Source of the DNA: Cirrosporium novae-zelandiae
Lineage: Eukaryota
Assembly: GCA_026023565.1 (NCBI GenBank)
Contig: JAPETS010000019.1
Span: 496,001 to 560,000, forward strand
DNA: 64,000 nt
Reading direction: 5' to 3'
The translations under genes were made by a program, and so were the position numbers. Numbering within the stretch: position 1 is the stretch's first letter; every line of letters begins with the position of its first letter. The notes beneath the pieces were generated by a model. It did no database searches and was not told the origin of the DNA. It saw only the letters and a program-made list of their open reading frames with translations. This document shows, one piece after another, positions 40,701 through 53,584 of this stretch.

Positions 40701-43700
40701 TAACGTTTTCCGTATTATTTTTTCGGATAATTATTAGGCGAATATTCTTTTTATCGGAAACCGAGATTCGGGGTTTTTTAAAAATAATAAAAAAATTTAT
40801 TTTTATATAAAAATTTTTTTATTTTTAATTTTTACCGTTATTCTCCCGTTTTTTATACGGAACGCCGGTATCGGGTTTCGGTTTTAAAATTTATAATATT
40901 TTAATATTTTTTATTTCCGCTAAATATTTTCGGGGTTTAAAAATTTATTTAAATCGTTTTTTTTTATATATATTTAAAAAAAATCGGTTTATTTATTTTT
41001 TTTTTTAATTCTAATTAATTTTATAAATTCTTTAAATACCGTTTTAATTTTTTCGTAGATTCAGCGTTTTTGTTTCGTTTTTTTAAACGTTATATAATAT
41101 TCGTATTTTTTAGCGGTATATTCGGGGTTCTACCACGTTTTTGATTAAGCGTATATCCGTTTAGGTTTTATATATTTATTTAAAATAGTTTTTAATTGAA
41201 TAATAATTTTTTATATCTCGTTTTTTAGTTACGTTTCCGTATAATCTGCGGCTAATATATCTTTCGTAATTGATCAGGATTTTTATTTTTATTTCGTTTT
41301 AATTTATTATTGGGGATTTTCTAGCGGTTTTAAATCCCACGAATTCGGGGTTGACTGACCTATTTTTGGGCGGTGATCCCCCTATTCAAATTAAATAAAA
41401 GCGTGGTCTGAATCAGTTTTTAATTTATTATTTATATTATCGATTACCGTATTTATTAATTATTTTTAAAATAATTTTATAACGGAATTAATTATTATTA
41501 AATCAATTATTAAATAACGAGCCGATTTTTTTTTGAATCAAATATTCTAAACGGTATCGTTTTATATAATTAAATTTTATTTTTTTATAAACGTTATTAA
41601 GGGCGCGTCGTCCACGTAAATAGCCCGTTCGGACTTTTATATTAGATTATAAATATTGAAATCCTTTATTAATATTATTTTGCTTCTATTAAAAATAGGT
41701 TTTTATTCTATATTTTATAAGATTTTTCTAGATTTTTATTATCGGTTTTATTTTTAAAAATATATATTTTTTAATTTTTAATCGTAAACGTTAATTATTC
41801 TAATCGGGTTTTCTGTCCCCCCGTCTGCGTTTATTATACTGATATCCAGCGCCACGAAATAGGGATAATTAATTAAATCGGTTTTTACGATTATTTTAAA
41901 TACGTTATTTTTTCGATTTTTGCGTATAATAGTGACTGTTTTTACGGTTTTATTCCCCGTTTAGACCCTTAATTCGGGCTAATAAAAATTTTACGTTAGA
42001 TATAATATTTTTTTTTTTAATTTTTGGCCAAATTCTTATAATAATATTATATCCGTTCCGGTTTATATAATCGATTCTAGGATTACGATTATTATATCGT
42101 ATTTTTTATAATAATTATATTATAATATTTTTATTTATAATTCGGATATATCGTTATTTATTTGCGGTACGGGTGTTACCGATATTTTCGATATTATCGA
42201 TATTTCGGGTATTATTTACGTTTTTTCCCCCGTTTTTTCCTAAAATTCGGGGGCTTTTAGTCTTTAATTAAAATTCTCTGGGCTTATTTTTTTTTTTAGA
42301 GGGACTAGTATGTAAAACGATTATATAACGTTTTTTCGGCGTTTTTTTCTTATATATTCTGTTTCTGCCCTTCGGGCAATTAAGTATCTTCCGTCCGTAG
42401 CTATATAAAGGTCTAAATAATTTATATATTTCAATAAAATATATATATAAACCCCCGTATACGCGGGCTTATATTTTATTATCCGATACTAATAATCTTG
42501 CGTTTCGTATATTTCCGCGTATATAATGTATTTAGGGGCTCTATCCCTATATTCCAGGAATGATTTATATTTTAATTGGGCGTATTTTAGGTATATTTTA
42601 TTTATTTCTAGCGTGAATTATCGGGTATATCGAAATCTATATTCCGTTAAATAATAATTTTCGATTCTTTATTTTTCGTATATTATAAACGGAAATCTTA
42701 TTTTAACCGAAATAATATATTTTTTTAATATAAACCCAATTTGTACCCGTTTTTAGCGATATTTTTCCGGTATTATTTATACGATTACCGTGTCGCGGGA
42801 TAATTAATACGTATTTTCTAAATTTTTTTTTATTAGATTTAATTTATCTGGATTTTTAAATATTTTTAGAAATATCCTTTATATTTTTATTTAATATAGG
42901 GTTTTTAATAAACGTATATTTATTATTACGTTATTTATTTTCGTTACGATTTTTAGAATTTTTTATTTATATTTAAATATTAATATACCCGTATTAATTT
43001 TTTATCGAATATAATTTTTAAATTGTTTTTTTTATTAATATAGGTTTTCCGTACCCGTAATTCAGGCGGTACGCCTAAATTAATTAATTTGGTGTTGATC
43101 GCCGTTATTATTGATACCGTAAAACCTGAATATTTAGCCTTTTTTTTATTAAAAATCAGTATTTTCTGATTTTCAGTTTTTGTGTCCCCGTTTACGGGGC
43201 CAATGCGTTCTTTTTTACGGGGTTTAATTATTTATTATTTTTTATTAAATTTGTTTGCTATTTTACTGGTTATTTTAATATAAATAAACCCCGTAGATTC
43301 CGGCGTTATTTTTATAGGACCCTATTTCGGGGCTTTCGGTGCTAACGGTAGGGCCTCCTGTTTAATTATTTTTGCCGTCTATTAAAGGTTTTTCTGGGTT
43401 TCTTTATCCGCCTATATTGTTGTCCGCGTGCTAAATATTTACGATCCGGTTATTATATCCGCTCAGGGCGTTATTAAAGAAAATATTATTTTTTTTTTTT
43501 TTATTATCCGTTCGGGTTTAATTACTGGGATTATATAACCTTTATTTATAGAATTTTCCGCCCCGTTATATATAGTTTCTGCGGTTTTTATCCGGATTTA
43601 TAATATCTAGATTATTATTATAACTGTTTTTTTAATTATTAGAAATTTTTATTTAATCGTATATAATTTTTTTTAGTTTTTTTTCTAGATTTTTATAGTT

Positions 43701-44208
43701 TTATTACTTCGTTTTTCTAAAACGATTATTCGGGTTTTTAAACCGAAAAATATTTCCTATAGTTATACCGTAAAATCGTCGATTTTTAGAATCTAATATA
43801 TTTTCTTTTTAACTACGGGAAATATATATATTACTATATATTTAGCCGTTTACTCGATTAAAATATCCCAGTTATTAATCTATTTTTTTTTAGGGTTTTT
43901 TTTTTTTCGTAAAATTTTTCGACGACGTTTTCCCGTTTAGTCGTTTTTTTTCTGGAATAAAAATCGTAGTACCGAATCGCTAGATTTTATTGTAAAATTT
44001 TATTCCGGTTTATTCGATTCGTTTTTTAGGCGCTGTCGCCCTTTCGTATTTATCTGGTTCTCGCTGACAGCACGTATTTTTTTAGCCCCCGATATTTTTT
44101 TACTGTTGCTACATTTTATAGACCTTAAATAAGCGTTAACTGTTTCGTATAACGGTCGTCACAATAGTGAATTGATTTGGTGGCGCGGGGTCACCAAAAA
44201 GCGTTTTT
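37772..44208 (-). mobile_element. Tad1-like LINE copy C, full length ~6.4 kb, RIP-mutated
   Basis: Colinear with copies B and D; APE SDH motif (~41405); TSD ATAATTTCCTAAA at 37759-37771 and 44235-44247; inserted in the transposase exon that carries the catalytic E, just upstream of it. Confidence 0.88.
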
Positions 44209-44352
44209 CGAACGATACCGCCTTGGTTCGCTCCATAATTTCCTAAAATTCAGCGGATATAAGACTGCAAGCTGGGCAAAATCCTACAGCTATAATTAGG
44301 TTTTATTTATATATAACCCAACGTTGTATTGCTAGATTAGACCGAGGATCAT

Positions 44353-46087
44353 CTATAATCGGTTATCAATCGATTTTTAATAGATTGTTAACCGATTACT
44401 AACCGATTAATAATATACACGTTTCGTAGTAATTTTCACTGCTTTAACAATTGATAAAAATTTTAAATCGTGCGTATACAGAATAAATAGTTTTTTCTTG
44501 TCCCAATAATTAATCAATACTACGTTTGAAATAAATAGTACAAAATATAATACTACGTATTCTATACCAATCAGTTGAAAAATATTGAGAATTAATATTT
44601 ATTAAATATTTGCACCAGCCTAATAATCGATTAATAACGAATTAATTAATAATCGATTATAAAACGATTAGGAATTTATTATTAGCGATCTGACCAAAAT
44701 CTATATTTATTACTGCCGCGACCAGACCTCTATAATATATATATTGAATCGAAACAATTTTTCGAGTAATTTTTTGAACGAGATCAAACTATATACGAAA
44801 TAAATAAAAATAAGTTGTCCCAGATTCCCCGTTAACAATAAATCTAGCGAAAAATATATCTAATTTATTGAAAATCGGTTAGTAATCGATTAACAATCTA
44901 TTAGAAATAATTATATATATTTCTTTTTTATTTTATATCGAAAATAACCGCAGAAATTTCTTTAAATTTTTTATCCCGTAAATATTTATAACCAATATCG
45001 ATAATAAAATATTTTTATTTCAAAAAATATTTAGTTGTATCTGGATAAAAACAATATATTAATATATTTTAATTATCGTGGTAAATTTATTGTATATACT
45101 GCTGTTAATCGATTAGAAATCTATTTTTAATCGTTTTAAAAAAATTTACTTTTTCGTTTTTTCCTTCATAATTCATATGAAAATCATATAATAACCCACT
45201 AAATTCTCGATTTTAGGGATAATTTAGTAACGTTTATTTACGTAGTAAAACAGAAATCCGATCAATATTAACAAAACTAATATATAAATCTGTTAAAAAT
45301 TGATCGTTATATTGATAATAAAATTTTTCTAAAACTTTGTTTTTAAAGAATTAATTTATAAATATTAGGAATAGATTAGTAATCGATTAACAATCGATTA
45401 GAAAATATTTATTTAATTTCATATCAGGATTATTTATTCGTTGAATTAATAAAATAATTTTTATTAATAATATTTGCGGTAATTTTGATAGAGGTGGCGG
45501 TAGATAAATATGAATACTATATGAAATCCATATAATATATAGGAAATGATCTAGATCGATAAATATAATTAAATTGAATTTAACGTTGCAATCTATACGG
45601 ATTAAAGATTGCGATCTTTCGATATAATCGACGCCTAATAAATTATTAATTAATTTCCAAACGATTGCTAATCAATTACTTACAATATATTTTTTTGCGA
45701 GAAAGATTTTGTTCGATAATTCTATAAACGTTAGATTGTTCTGTTTGATAAGCAAACAATTATTCTAAAAATTCGATATCGTAATTTTTAATTTCCGGTA
45801 CGAGAGAATAGAAATGTTGTTGCCAAATTTTATTTATTGCTTGGCTACATCGTATAATATATTGCGGGCGCCCAGATAATACCTATAATTAATTAGTAAT
45901 CTATTAGCAATCGATTAGGAATAAATTAAGAAAATATATATACTGGAATTTCTCGGACTCCAAAAACTGGCGAACAATCTGGTACTGGTTCGTAACATAT
46001 ATTGCGATTGCGAAAACGTTTTATAATTCTAAAATAATAATTGTAATTAATTAATAAATATTTTCGAATCGATTAATTATTGATTAC
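44353..46087. repeat. Densest run of intronic tandem AATCGATTnnn (~11-bp period) arrays; same arrays recur in all non-LINE segments from ~26770 to ~53430
   Basis: Examples: 45370-45400 AATAGATTAGT-AATCGATTAAC-AATCGATTA; 44872-44903 AAATCGGTTAGT-AATCGATTAAC-AATCTATTA; 45898-45918 AATCTATTAGC-AATCGATTAG. Confidence 0.85.
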
Positions 46088-46101
46088 CTATTTGTATTTA
46101 T

Positions 46102-49100
46102 AATGATGATAATAATTATTCATTATTTTATGTCCATATGCCGCTTAGAAGCTATGACGGACTCTACTCGGGGGTTTTTAGACCCTTTCGTATCCCTTTT
46201 CGGGCTTATTTTTAGCTAAGGTGGTGGGGGTCACCCCCCTGGTTCGGCTATATAGTTTCCCCCCTTTTTTGGGTTTCTTAGAATCACCTGATTTATTTAA
46301 CCGGATAGTTTTTTAGCGCTATTTCGGTATTCGTAATTTATAAATAGGCCTATTTATATCTATTTTCGATTTTTTCAGTCCTTGCTCACGTATACGCTCA
46401 CCCCGCGTATTTACTACGGGCCCAGTTTTTATTTAACACTTACGTCTGGGTCCTTCTCCCCCCCGTATCCGGGTTCTACCCACCCCCAATCTAGGTACGT
46501 TTCACGATTTTCCATTTCGTATTTGGTTTAGGACTGGGGTTTTTTTATTTCCGTATCGCCTAAAAAACGTATCTAATTTTTAAAGAATTTTCGGTTTTTT
46601 AATATAAATACTAGTTTTTTTTTTTCGGTTATATTGGGTTATTAACCCTTTTATTTTTCTATTATTCCCTGTAACCGGGCCCTAACCGTTCTTTAGCGCG
46701 GGTATATTAATATTAAATAAAGAACGTTTTAATATAGAGCCCCGTATTATTAATATTCCGGGGTAATAATAGTTTTCGTACGGTATATATATTTTCCGGT
46801 AACGGCGTACCCCGTTTTTATTTAATAGAGTTTATTTATCAATTTTTTAGACGCGTATTCTAGCACCCGATCTTTTTTATATTTCGGATATATTCGATAC
46901 GATTTATTGGGCGATTTTTTTATTCTTTAATTATATAACTAATTATACGTTTTTATAATCCGTTTTTCCGTTATATTACGGGTTATATAAGCCAGCGAAA
47001 TCTATTCGGCTATTCTATTATTCTCTAGCGCCGCGCTTATTTTAACCGTCTGGTCTGTTGTTTTATTCTCTAGTATCCCGTGATACCCTAAAACCTATCT
47101 AATAGTGATTTTCGCCTCTTAATCGATCAGGTATTTGGTATACTCGTATACCCCCTGTACGATCGTTTAACTTTTTTTTAACCCTTTTTTTTCGATCCGT
47201 CTAATAGCCGTTTTTTGCGAATTAAGCAATACTATTATTTTTTTTCCGGGGGTTTTATAGTTATTTGGGTACGTTTTAGCCGCTATTTATAGGGCTGTTT
47301 ACGCCCTTTAAAGCTCTGTGTCGAATATTTTTTTATTTTGATTTAGATAGTATTTCTATATCGTCTATAAGATTTTTTCGGTTGTTTTCCAGGCTATTCC
47401 CGTTTTTATTTTGCGGTTTTTTAGTTTAGATCCGTCCGATTAATATACGTTTTTCTAGTCCTGCGCTAGCGTCTCGCTAAAAATCTATTATTCTAAAAAT
47501 ATTATTATTTTTTTTAAAGATTTATTTTTTTCGGTTATTTAGGTTTTTTCGATTCTAAAATTTAGATTTATTATTTTTTAGATTATCGTTATAATTAAAT
47601 ATTGATTTAACGTATTTTTTTTAATTTTTTAAATTTATTAAAGATTTTTTAACGATTATTTTTTTAATTAAATATTTACGTTTTTTATTTTGAACGTTAT
47701 TAATAATATTAAATTCGTTAAATTTTTTTCGGTTTTTTAGAAATACCGAAACCTATATTTTTTCTGCGTGATATTTAGTATTACGTCTGCGGGATATATA
47801 TAGATTTTTTATATAATCGCTATTATTAGGATTATTTTATAGGCCTTTATTATTAATTTTATAAATTTATTCAGCAATTTTTGAAATTCTATTTAGTACC
47901 CGATCTGCCCCTTCTATTAAATCTCGCACCTATATATATAGATTGATATTATCGTCGTTACGGCTATTTAGCGCGTAAGCCCCGTAGATAGCCCGTTTCA
48001 GTGATATATATATTTAATTGCGTTTTCCACGCGCCTAATTTTAATTAAACGCTGGGCGTAATAGATTTAGAAATTAAGTTTCGGGTCTAGCTATATATTT
48101 AACCACCGTATATAATTTTTTTTATATTCGATCGGGTAATTATCGACCTTAATTTTCGGTTTCGTATTTATTTAAGTTTAGTATTTACGTAGCCTAGAAA
48201 ACGCTATAATTTCAGTTTTTTGGGCGTCGAATTCTAGCCTATTTTTTTTCCTCTATTGAACCGCCGCTTTCGCTATTTGTTAGATAATTTTCCAGGCTTA
48301 TTTATTATTTATATAGATAGTCGAGAAGCTTACGTCGTCCACGAATAATAAAATTTTGATTTTAAGGACCGCTTATTCTACGGCTGCGAATAGTCCGCTG
48401 CAATATATTAGAAATAATATTAGGAATATAAATAATTTTTATGGTACCCCCGTTTCTATATTAATTCGGGATTATATTTCTCCGTCGATTATTAATTCAA
48501 TGTTTCGTTGGATTATAAAATTAATTATTTATTTAATAATATTTCTATCGATTTCTAATTATTTTAAACGTTATATTAATTTAAATTGTAATATATAATC
48601 AAACGTTTTTTTTACGTTTATAAATAAAATATAAATTATTTATTTTCGATTAAATTTTTTTTTTATTCGATATATTAAATATATAAATATATCGATTATA
48701 TTTTGATTACGTTTCGATCTAAATTAATTTTTATATAATTTATTTAGATTTTCGTATATATTTATTAACGCGTTAATTATAATTTTTTCGATTATTTTAT
48801 TTAAATAATATAATAAATTTATTATTTTATAATTTTTAATTAATATTTTATCGGTTTTTCCGGATTTAAATAATAATATTTTTTAGGTATATTTTTATTA
48901 CGTCGGGTAATATTTTAATCGGAAATAATATCGGATTACTCCCGTTATTTTATAAAAATCTTATTATTATAATATACGGAACGCTCTAAATTAAATTCTG
49001 TTATATTTTAGAATTTTATTTATATTTTATATATATAACGTTTTTTGTATTATTTTTTCAGATAATTATTAGACGAATATTTTTTTTATCGGAAATCAAA

Positions 49101-52100
49101 ATTCGGGGTTTTTTAAAAATAACGGAAAAACTCGTTTTTATATAAAAATTTTTTTATTTTTAGTTTCTATTATTATTCTCCCGTTTTTTATATAAAACGC
49201 TGGTATCGGGTTTCGGTTTTAAAATTTATAATATTTTAATATTTTTTATTTCCATTAAATATTTTCGGGATTTAAAAATTTATTTAGATCGTTTTTTTTT
49301 ATATATATTTAAAAAAAATTAATTTATTTATTTTTTTTTTTAATTTTAATTAATTTTATAAATTTTTTAAATACCGTTTTAATTTTTTCGTAAATCCAGC
49401 GTTTTTATTTCGTTTTTTTAAATGTTATATAGTATTCGTGTTTTTTAGTGGTATATTCGGGGTCCCACCAAATTTTCGACCAAATATACACCCGTTTAGA
49501 TTTTGCGTATTTATTTAAAATAATTTTTAGTTAGATAATAATTTTTTATATTTTATTTTTTAATTGTGTTTCCGTATAATCTGCGGCTAATATATTTTTC
49601 GTAATTGATCAGAATTCCTATTTTTATTTCGTTTTAATTTATTATTAGGGGTTTTCCAGCGGTTTTAAATCCTATGAATTCGGGGTTAGCTGGCCTGTTT
49701 TTGGGCGGTGACCCTTTTATTCGAATTAAATAAAGGCGTGATCTGAATTAATTCCTAATTTATTATTTATATTATCGGTTACCGCGTTTATTAATTATTT
49801 TTGAAACGGCTTTATCGCGGGATTAATTATTATTAAATTAATTATTAAATAATAAGCCGATTTTTTTCCGAATCAAATATTTTAGGTGGTGTCGTTCTAT
49901 ATTATTAAATCCTATTTTTCTATAAATATTATTAAAGGCGCGTCGTTTACACCGATAATCCGTTCGGGCTCCTATATTAAATTATAAATATTAAAATCTT
50001 CTATTAATATTATTTTATTATTATTAAAAATAAATTTTTATTCTATATTTTATAAAGTTTTTTTAGATTTTTATTATCGGTTTTATTTTTAGGGATATAC
50101 GTTTTTCAATTTTTGATCGTAGACGTTAATTATTCTAACCGGGTTTTTTATTTTTTCGCCTACGTTTATTATACTAATATCCAGCGCTACGAAATAAAGA
50201 TAATTAATTAAATCGGTTTTTACGATTATTCTAAAAACGACGTTTTTTCGATTTTTGCGTATAATAATAATCGTTTTTACGATTTTATATTTTATTTGGG
50301 CCCCTAATTCGGGCTAATAAAAATCCTACGCCGGATATAATATTTTTTTTTTTAATTTTTGATTAGATTCCTATAATAATATTATATCCGTTCCGGTTTA
50401 TATAACCGATTTTAGAATTATAATCGTTATATCGTATTTTTTATAATAATTATATTATAATATTTTTATTTATAATTCGGATATATCGCTATCTATTTAC
50501 GGTACGGATATTACTAATATTTTCGATATTATCGATATTTCGGATATTATTTACGTTTTTTCCCCCGTTTTTTTTTAGGATTCAGGGATTTTTGATTTTT
50601 AATTAAAATTTTTTGGATTTATTCTTTTTTTTAGGGGAATTAGTACGTAAAACGATTATATAACGTTTTTTCGGCGTTTTTTTTTTATATATTCTGTTTC
50701 TGTTTTTCGGATAACTAAATATTTTCCGTTTGTGGCTATATAGGGGTCTAAACAGTTTGTATATTTCAATAAAATATATATACAAGCCCCTGTATACGCG
50801 GGCTTATATCCTATTATCCGACACCGGTGATTTTACGTTTCGTATATTTCCGCGTATATAATATATTTAAAGGCTCTATTTTTATATTCCAGGAATAATT
50901 TATACCCTAATTAAATATATTTTGGATACGTTTTATTTATTTTTAACGTGAATTATCGGGTGTATCGAAATCTATATCCCGTTAAATAATAATTTTCGAT
51001 TCTTTATTTTTCGTATATTATAAACGGGAACCTTATTTTGATCGAAATAATATATTTTTTTAATATAAACCTGATTTATACCCGTTTTTAATAATATTTT
51101 TCTAATATTACTTATACGATTATCGTATCGCAGAATAATTAATACGTATTTTCTAAATTTTTTTTATTAGATTTAGTTTATTTAAACCCCCAAATATCTT
51201 TAGGGGTATTCTTTATATTTTTGCCTAATACAGGGTTTCTAATAAACGTATATTTATTATCGCGTTATCTATTTTCGTTATAATTTTTAGAATCTTTTAT
51301 TTATATTTGGGTATTAATATATCCGTATTAATTTTTTTATCGAATATAGTTTTTAGATTGTTTTTTTTATTAATATAGATTTTTTATACCCGTAATTCAG
51401 GCGGTACGTCTAATTTAATTAATTTAGTATTGATCGCCGTTATTATTAATACCGTAGAACCCGAATATTTAATTCTTTTTTTATTAAAAATCAGTATTTT
51501 CTAATTTTTAGTTTTTGTGTCCCCGTCTACGGAATTAATACGTTTTTTTCTACAGGATTTAATTATTTATTATTTTTTATTAGATTTATCTATTATTCTA
51601 CTGGTTATTTTAATATAAATAAATCCCGTAAATTCCGGCGTTTTTTTTATAAAACCCTATTTCGGGGTTTTCGGTACTAATAATAGGGTTTCTTATTTAA
51701 CTATTTTTGCCGTTTATTAGAAATTTTTCTGGGTTTTTTTATCCGTCTATATTATTATCCGCGTACTAGATATTTGCGATCTGGCTATTATACCCGCTCA
51801 GGGCGCTATTAAAAAAAATATTACCTTTCTTTTTTTTATTGTCCGTTCGGGCCTAATTACTAGGATTATATAACCTCTATTTATAGAGTTTTCCGCCCCG
51901 TTATATATGATTTCTGCGGTTTTTATCCGGGTTTATAATATTTGGATTATTATTATAATTATTTCTCTAATTATTAAAAATTTTTATTTAATCGCGTATA
52001 ATTTTTTCTGGTTTTTTTTCTAAATTTTTATAATTTTATTACCTCGCTTTTTTAAAACGATTATTCGGGTTTTTAAATCGAAAAATATTTTTCGTAATTA

Positions 52101-52548
52101 TACCGTAAAATCGTCGGTTTTTAGAATCTAATATATTTTTTTTCCGATTACGGGAAATATACGTATTATTATATATTTAGCCGTTTATTCGATTAAAATA
52201 TTCCGGTTATTAATCTGTTTTTTTTTAGGGTTTTTTTTCTTTCGTAAGATCCTTCGACGACGTTTCCCCGTTTAATCGTTTTTTTTCTGGAATAGGGATC
52301 GTAGTACCGAATCGCTAGATTTTATTATAAAATTTTGTTCCGGTTCGTTCGATTCGTTTTTTAGACGTTATCGCTTTTTCGTATCCGTCTAATTCTCGTT
52401 AATGGCACGTATTCTCCTAATCCCCGATATTTCCCTATTATTGCTAGATTTTATAGACCTTAAATAAATATTAATTATTTCGTATGACGGTCGTCACAAT
52501 AATGAATTAATTTGGTGGCGCGGGGTCACCAAAAAGCGTTTTTTTTTT
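46102..52548 (-). mobile_element. Tad1-like LINE copy D, full length ~6.4 kb, RIP-mutated
   Basis: Colinear with copies B and C; RT FVDD at ~48335; (ATC/ATT)n tail at ~46102-46116; TSD CTATTTGTATTTAT at 46088-46101 and 52577-52590. Confidence 0.88.
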
Positions 52549-53539
52549 CCTCAATTTAGAAATTCCTAAAAAACTTCTATTTGTATTTATTTCTGTTACC
52601 GAAAATCCTGTATATCCCTATTGACAATCGCGTCGTACCCGTTGTATCTATTGCCAGTCATCGATATTTACCGCGGTATAATAAAAATTCTTTAGATTTT
52701 TATTTAATAATAGACAAATTTTACATTTAATACAACGATAAATTGTACGTATACAAAATATATAATTTATATACGTAAAAATTATTCGTTTAAGAGAATT
52801 AATTCTAGCGATACAATATTGTATTTATAATTAATTAGGAATCTATTAATAATTAATTAATAATTGATTAACAATCAATTAAATATATATTCGAAACTAT
52901 TATTTTTATTTTTTCCGGTATTATTCTTTATATATAAATAATATATTTTATTTTTTTTTCCGTTATAATAGAATATTTAGATAATATTTCAGTATAAATT
53001 ATTTGAAATATTTTTAATTTATCGTATCGATTAACAGTTACCGTAATAAACCGAATAAAATTATCAATTATTAAAGAATCTTTAATATATTAATAATCGA
53101 TTTCGAATTGATTATTAATTAATTATTCTGATTTGTTCTCGAATTTCGTTTTTTTTTAATTTTGTTTCTTTATTCTATAATATAATTTAATCGATTAGTA
53201 ATCGATTAAAAATTTATAATTTTATTATTATTTTTTTATTTTATTTCCGTGTCCCACTATTGCTTTTGTTCCTCTCGAATAATCGCATTTTCGAATATAT
53301 TAGGGCGAAAAACGTTTTCTAGTTCTGTTTGTTGCAGTCTCCATATTTATACCGACGGTATTTCGAAAATTTCAGCGGTAGCCATAGTTAATCGATTAGA
53401 AATAGATTATAAATCAATTATCAATTGATTGTTACGGATATTGTAATATAATTTAAAAATTAGGTGTGAAGAACATTAAAATTTGTATATGTAGTAGTTG
53501 GTGCTGGGTGCGGCTAATTTTCGTTAGCGTAAAAATTTC

Positions 53540-53584
53540 TGTGGTCGGCCGAGCTTAGCGCCTGGTCGGGTGACCTGCGCAGTC
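53540..53584 (-). repeat. Right terminal inverted repeat
   Basis: Reverse complement aligns without gaps to 26302-26346 and is immediately followed by the second TSD copy. Confidence 0.8.

Larger units (their letters stand above)
27902..53385 (-). pseudogene. MULE-type DDE transposase, ~14 introns, split by four LINEs and RIP-mutated
   Basis: Minus-strand exons read MATAEIFE (53385); IQYC...YRCxKCKIC; C-x-VKF...H-x-(H)-(P)PPP Zn-finger-like (~45500); FIIDIGYK (first D, ~44998); V-I-(D)-(M)-D-F-G-Q (~44700); FCTI(H)FKRSI CxxH (~44535); RHSNLMEQE(H) (E, ~37735); RKRGRP (~30890); coiled-coil C-terminus ending ...LERRQRLRDTIDRE* at 27902. Residues in brackets are restored by reversing RIP transitions. 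Confidence 0.8.
26302..53584. mobile_element. Mutator-like (MULE) DNA transposon, ~5.2 kb core expanded to 27.3 kb by four nested LINEs; RIP-inactivated
   Basis: Direct repeat GGCTTGGGC at 26293-26301 and 53585-53593 (9-bp TSD); imperfect 45-bp inverted repeats 26302-26346 and 53540-53584 (32/45 identical, ungapped); an internal DDE transposase gene that becomes continuous once the LINEs and one copy of each TSD are removed. Confidence 0.85.

Noticed and set aside
44160..44208. HDV-like ribozyme at the LINE 5' end (TTTGGTG...CACCAAA hairpin)
   Set aside because: Only one stem-loop is visible; I could not build the nested double pseudoknot, and retained upstream extra sequences argue against precise self-cleavage.
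44353..46087. Introns as introner-like mobile elements
   Set aside because: Not favoured: the introns share only the short motif, differ in length and ends, and the arrays also occur outside introns. RIP could have hidden wider similarity, so this is not fully excluded.
48356..50785. Short Ile/Lys/Asn-rich ORFs in the island (48356-48598, 50603-50785, also 27600-27827)
   Set aside because: Chance open frames in RIP-mutated transposon DNA.
26770..53435. AATCGATT arrays as a CRISPR-like repeat/spacer system
   Set aside because: Eukaryotic context, degenerate 11-bp units, the intervening sequences are protein-coding exons, and there are no cas-like genes.
26302..53584. Centromere
   Set aside because: AT-rich and LINE-filled, but fully explained as one TSD-bounded insertion beside ordinary genes; would need CENH3 ChIP or Hi-C evidence.
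26302..53584. Starship or other giant cargo element
   Set aside because: No tyrosine-recombinase captain or host-like cargo seen; the size comes from nested LINEs and the mobility gene is a DDE type.
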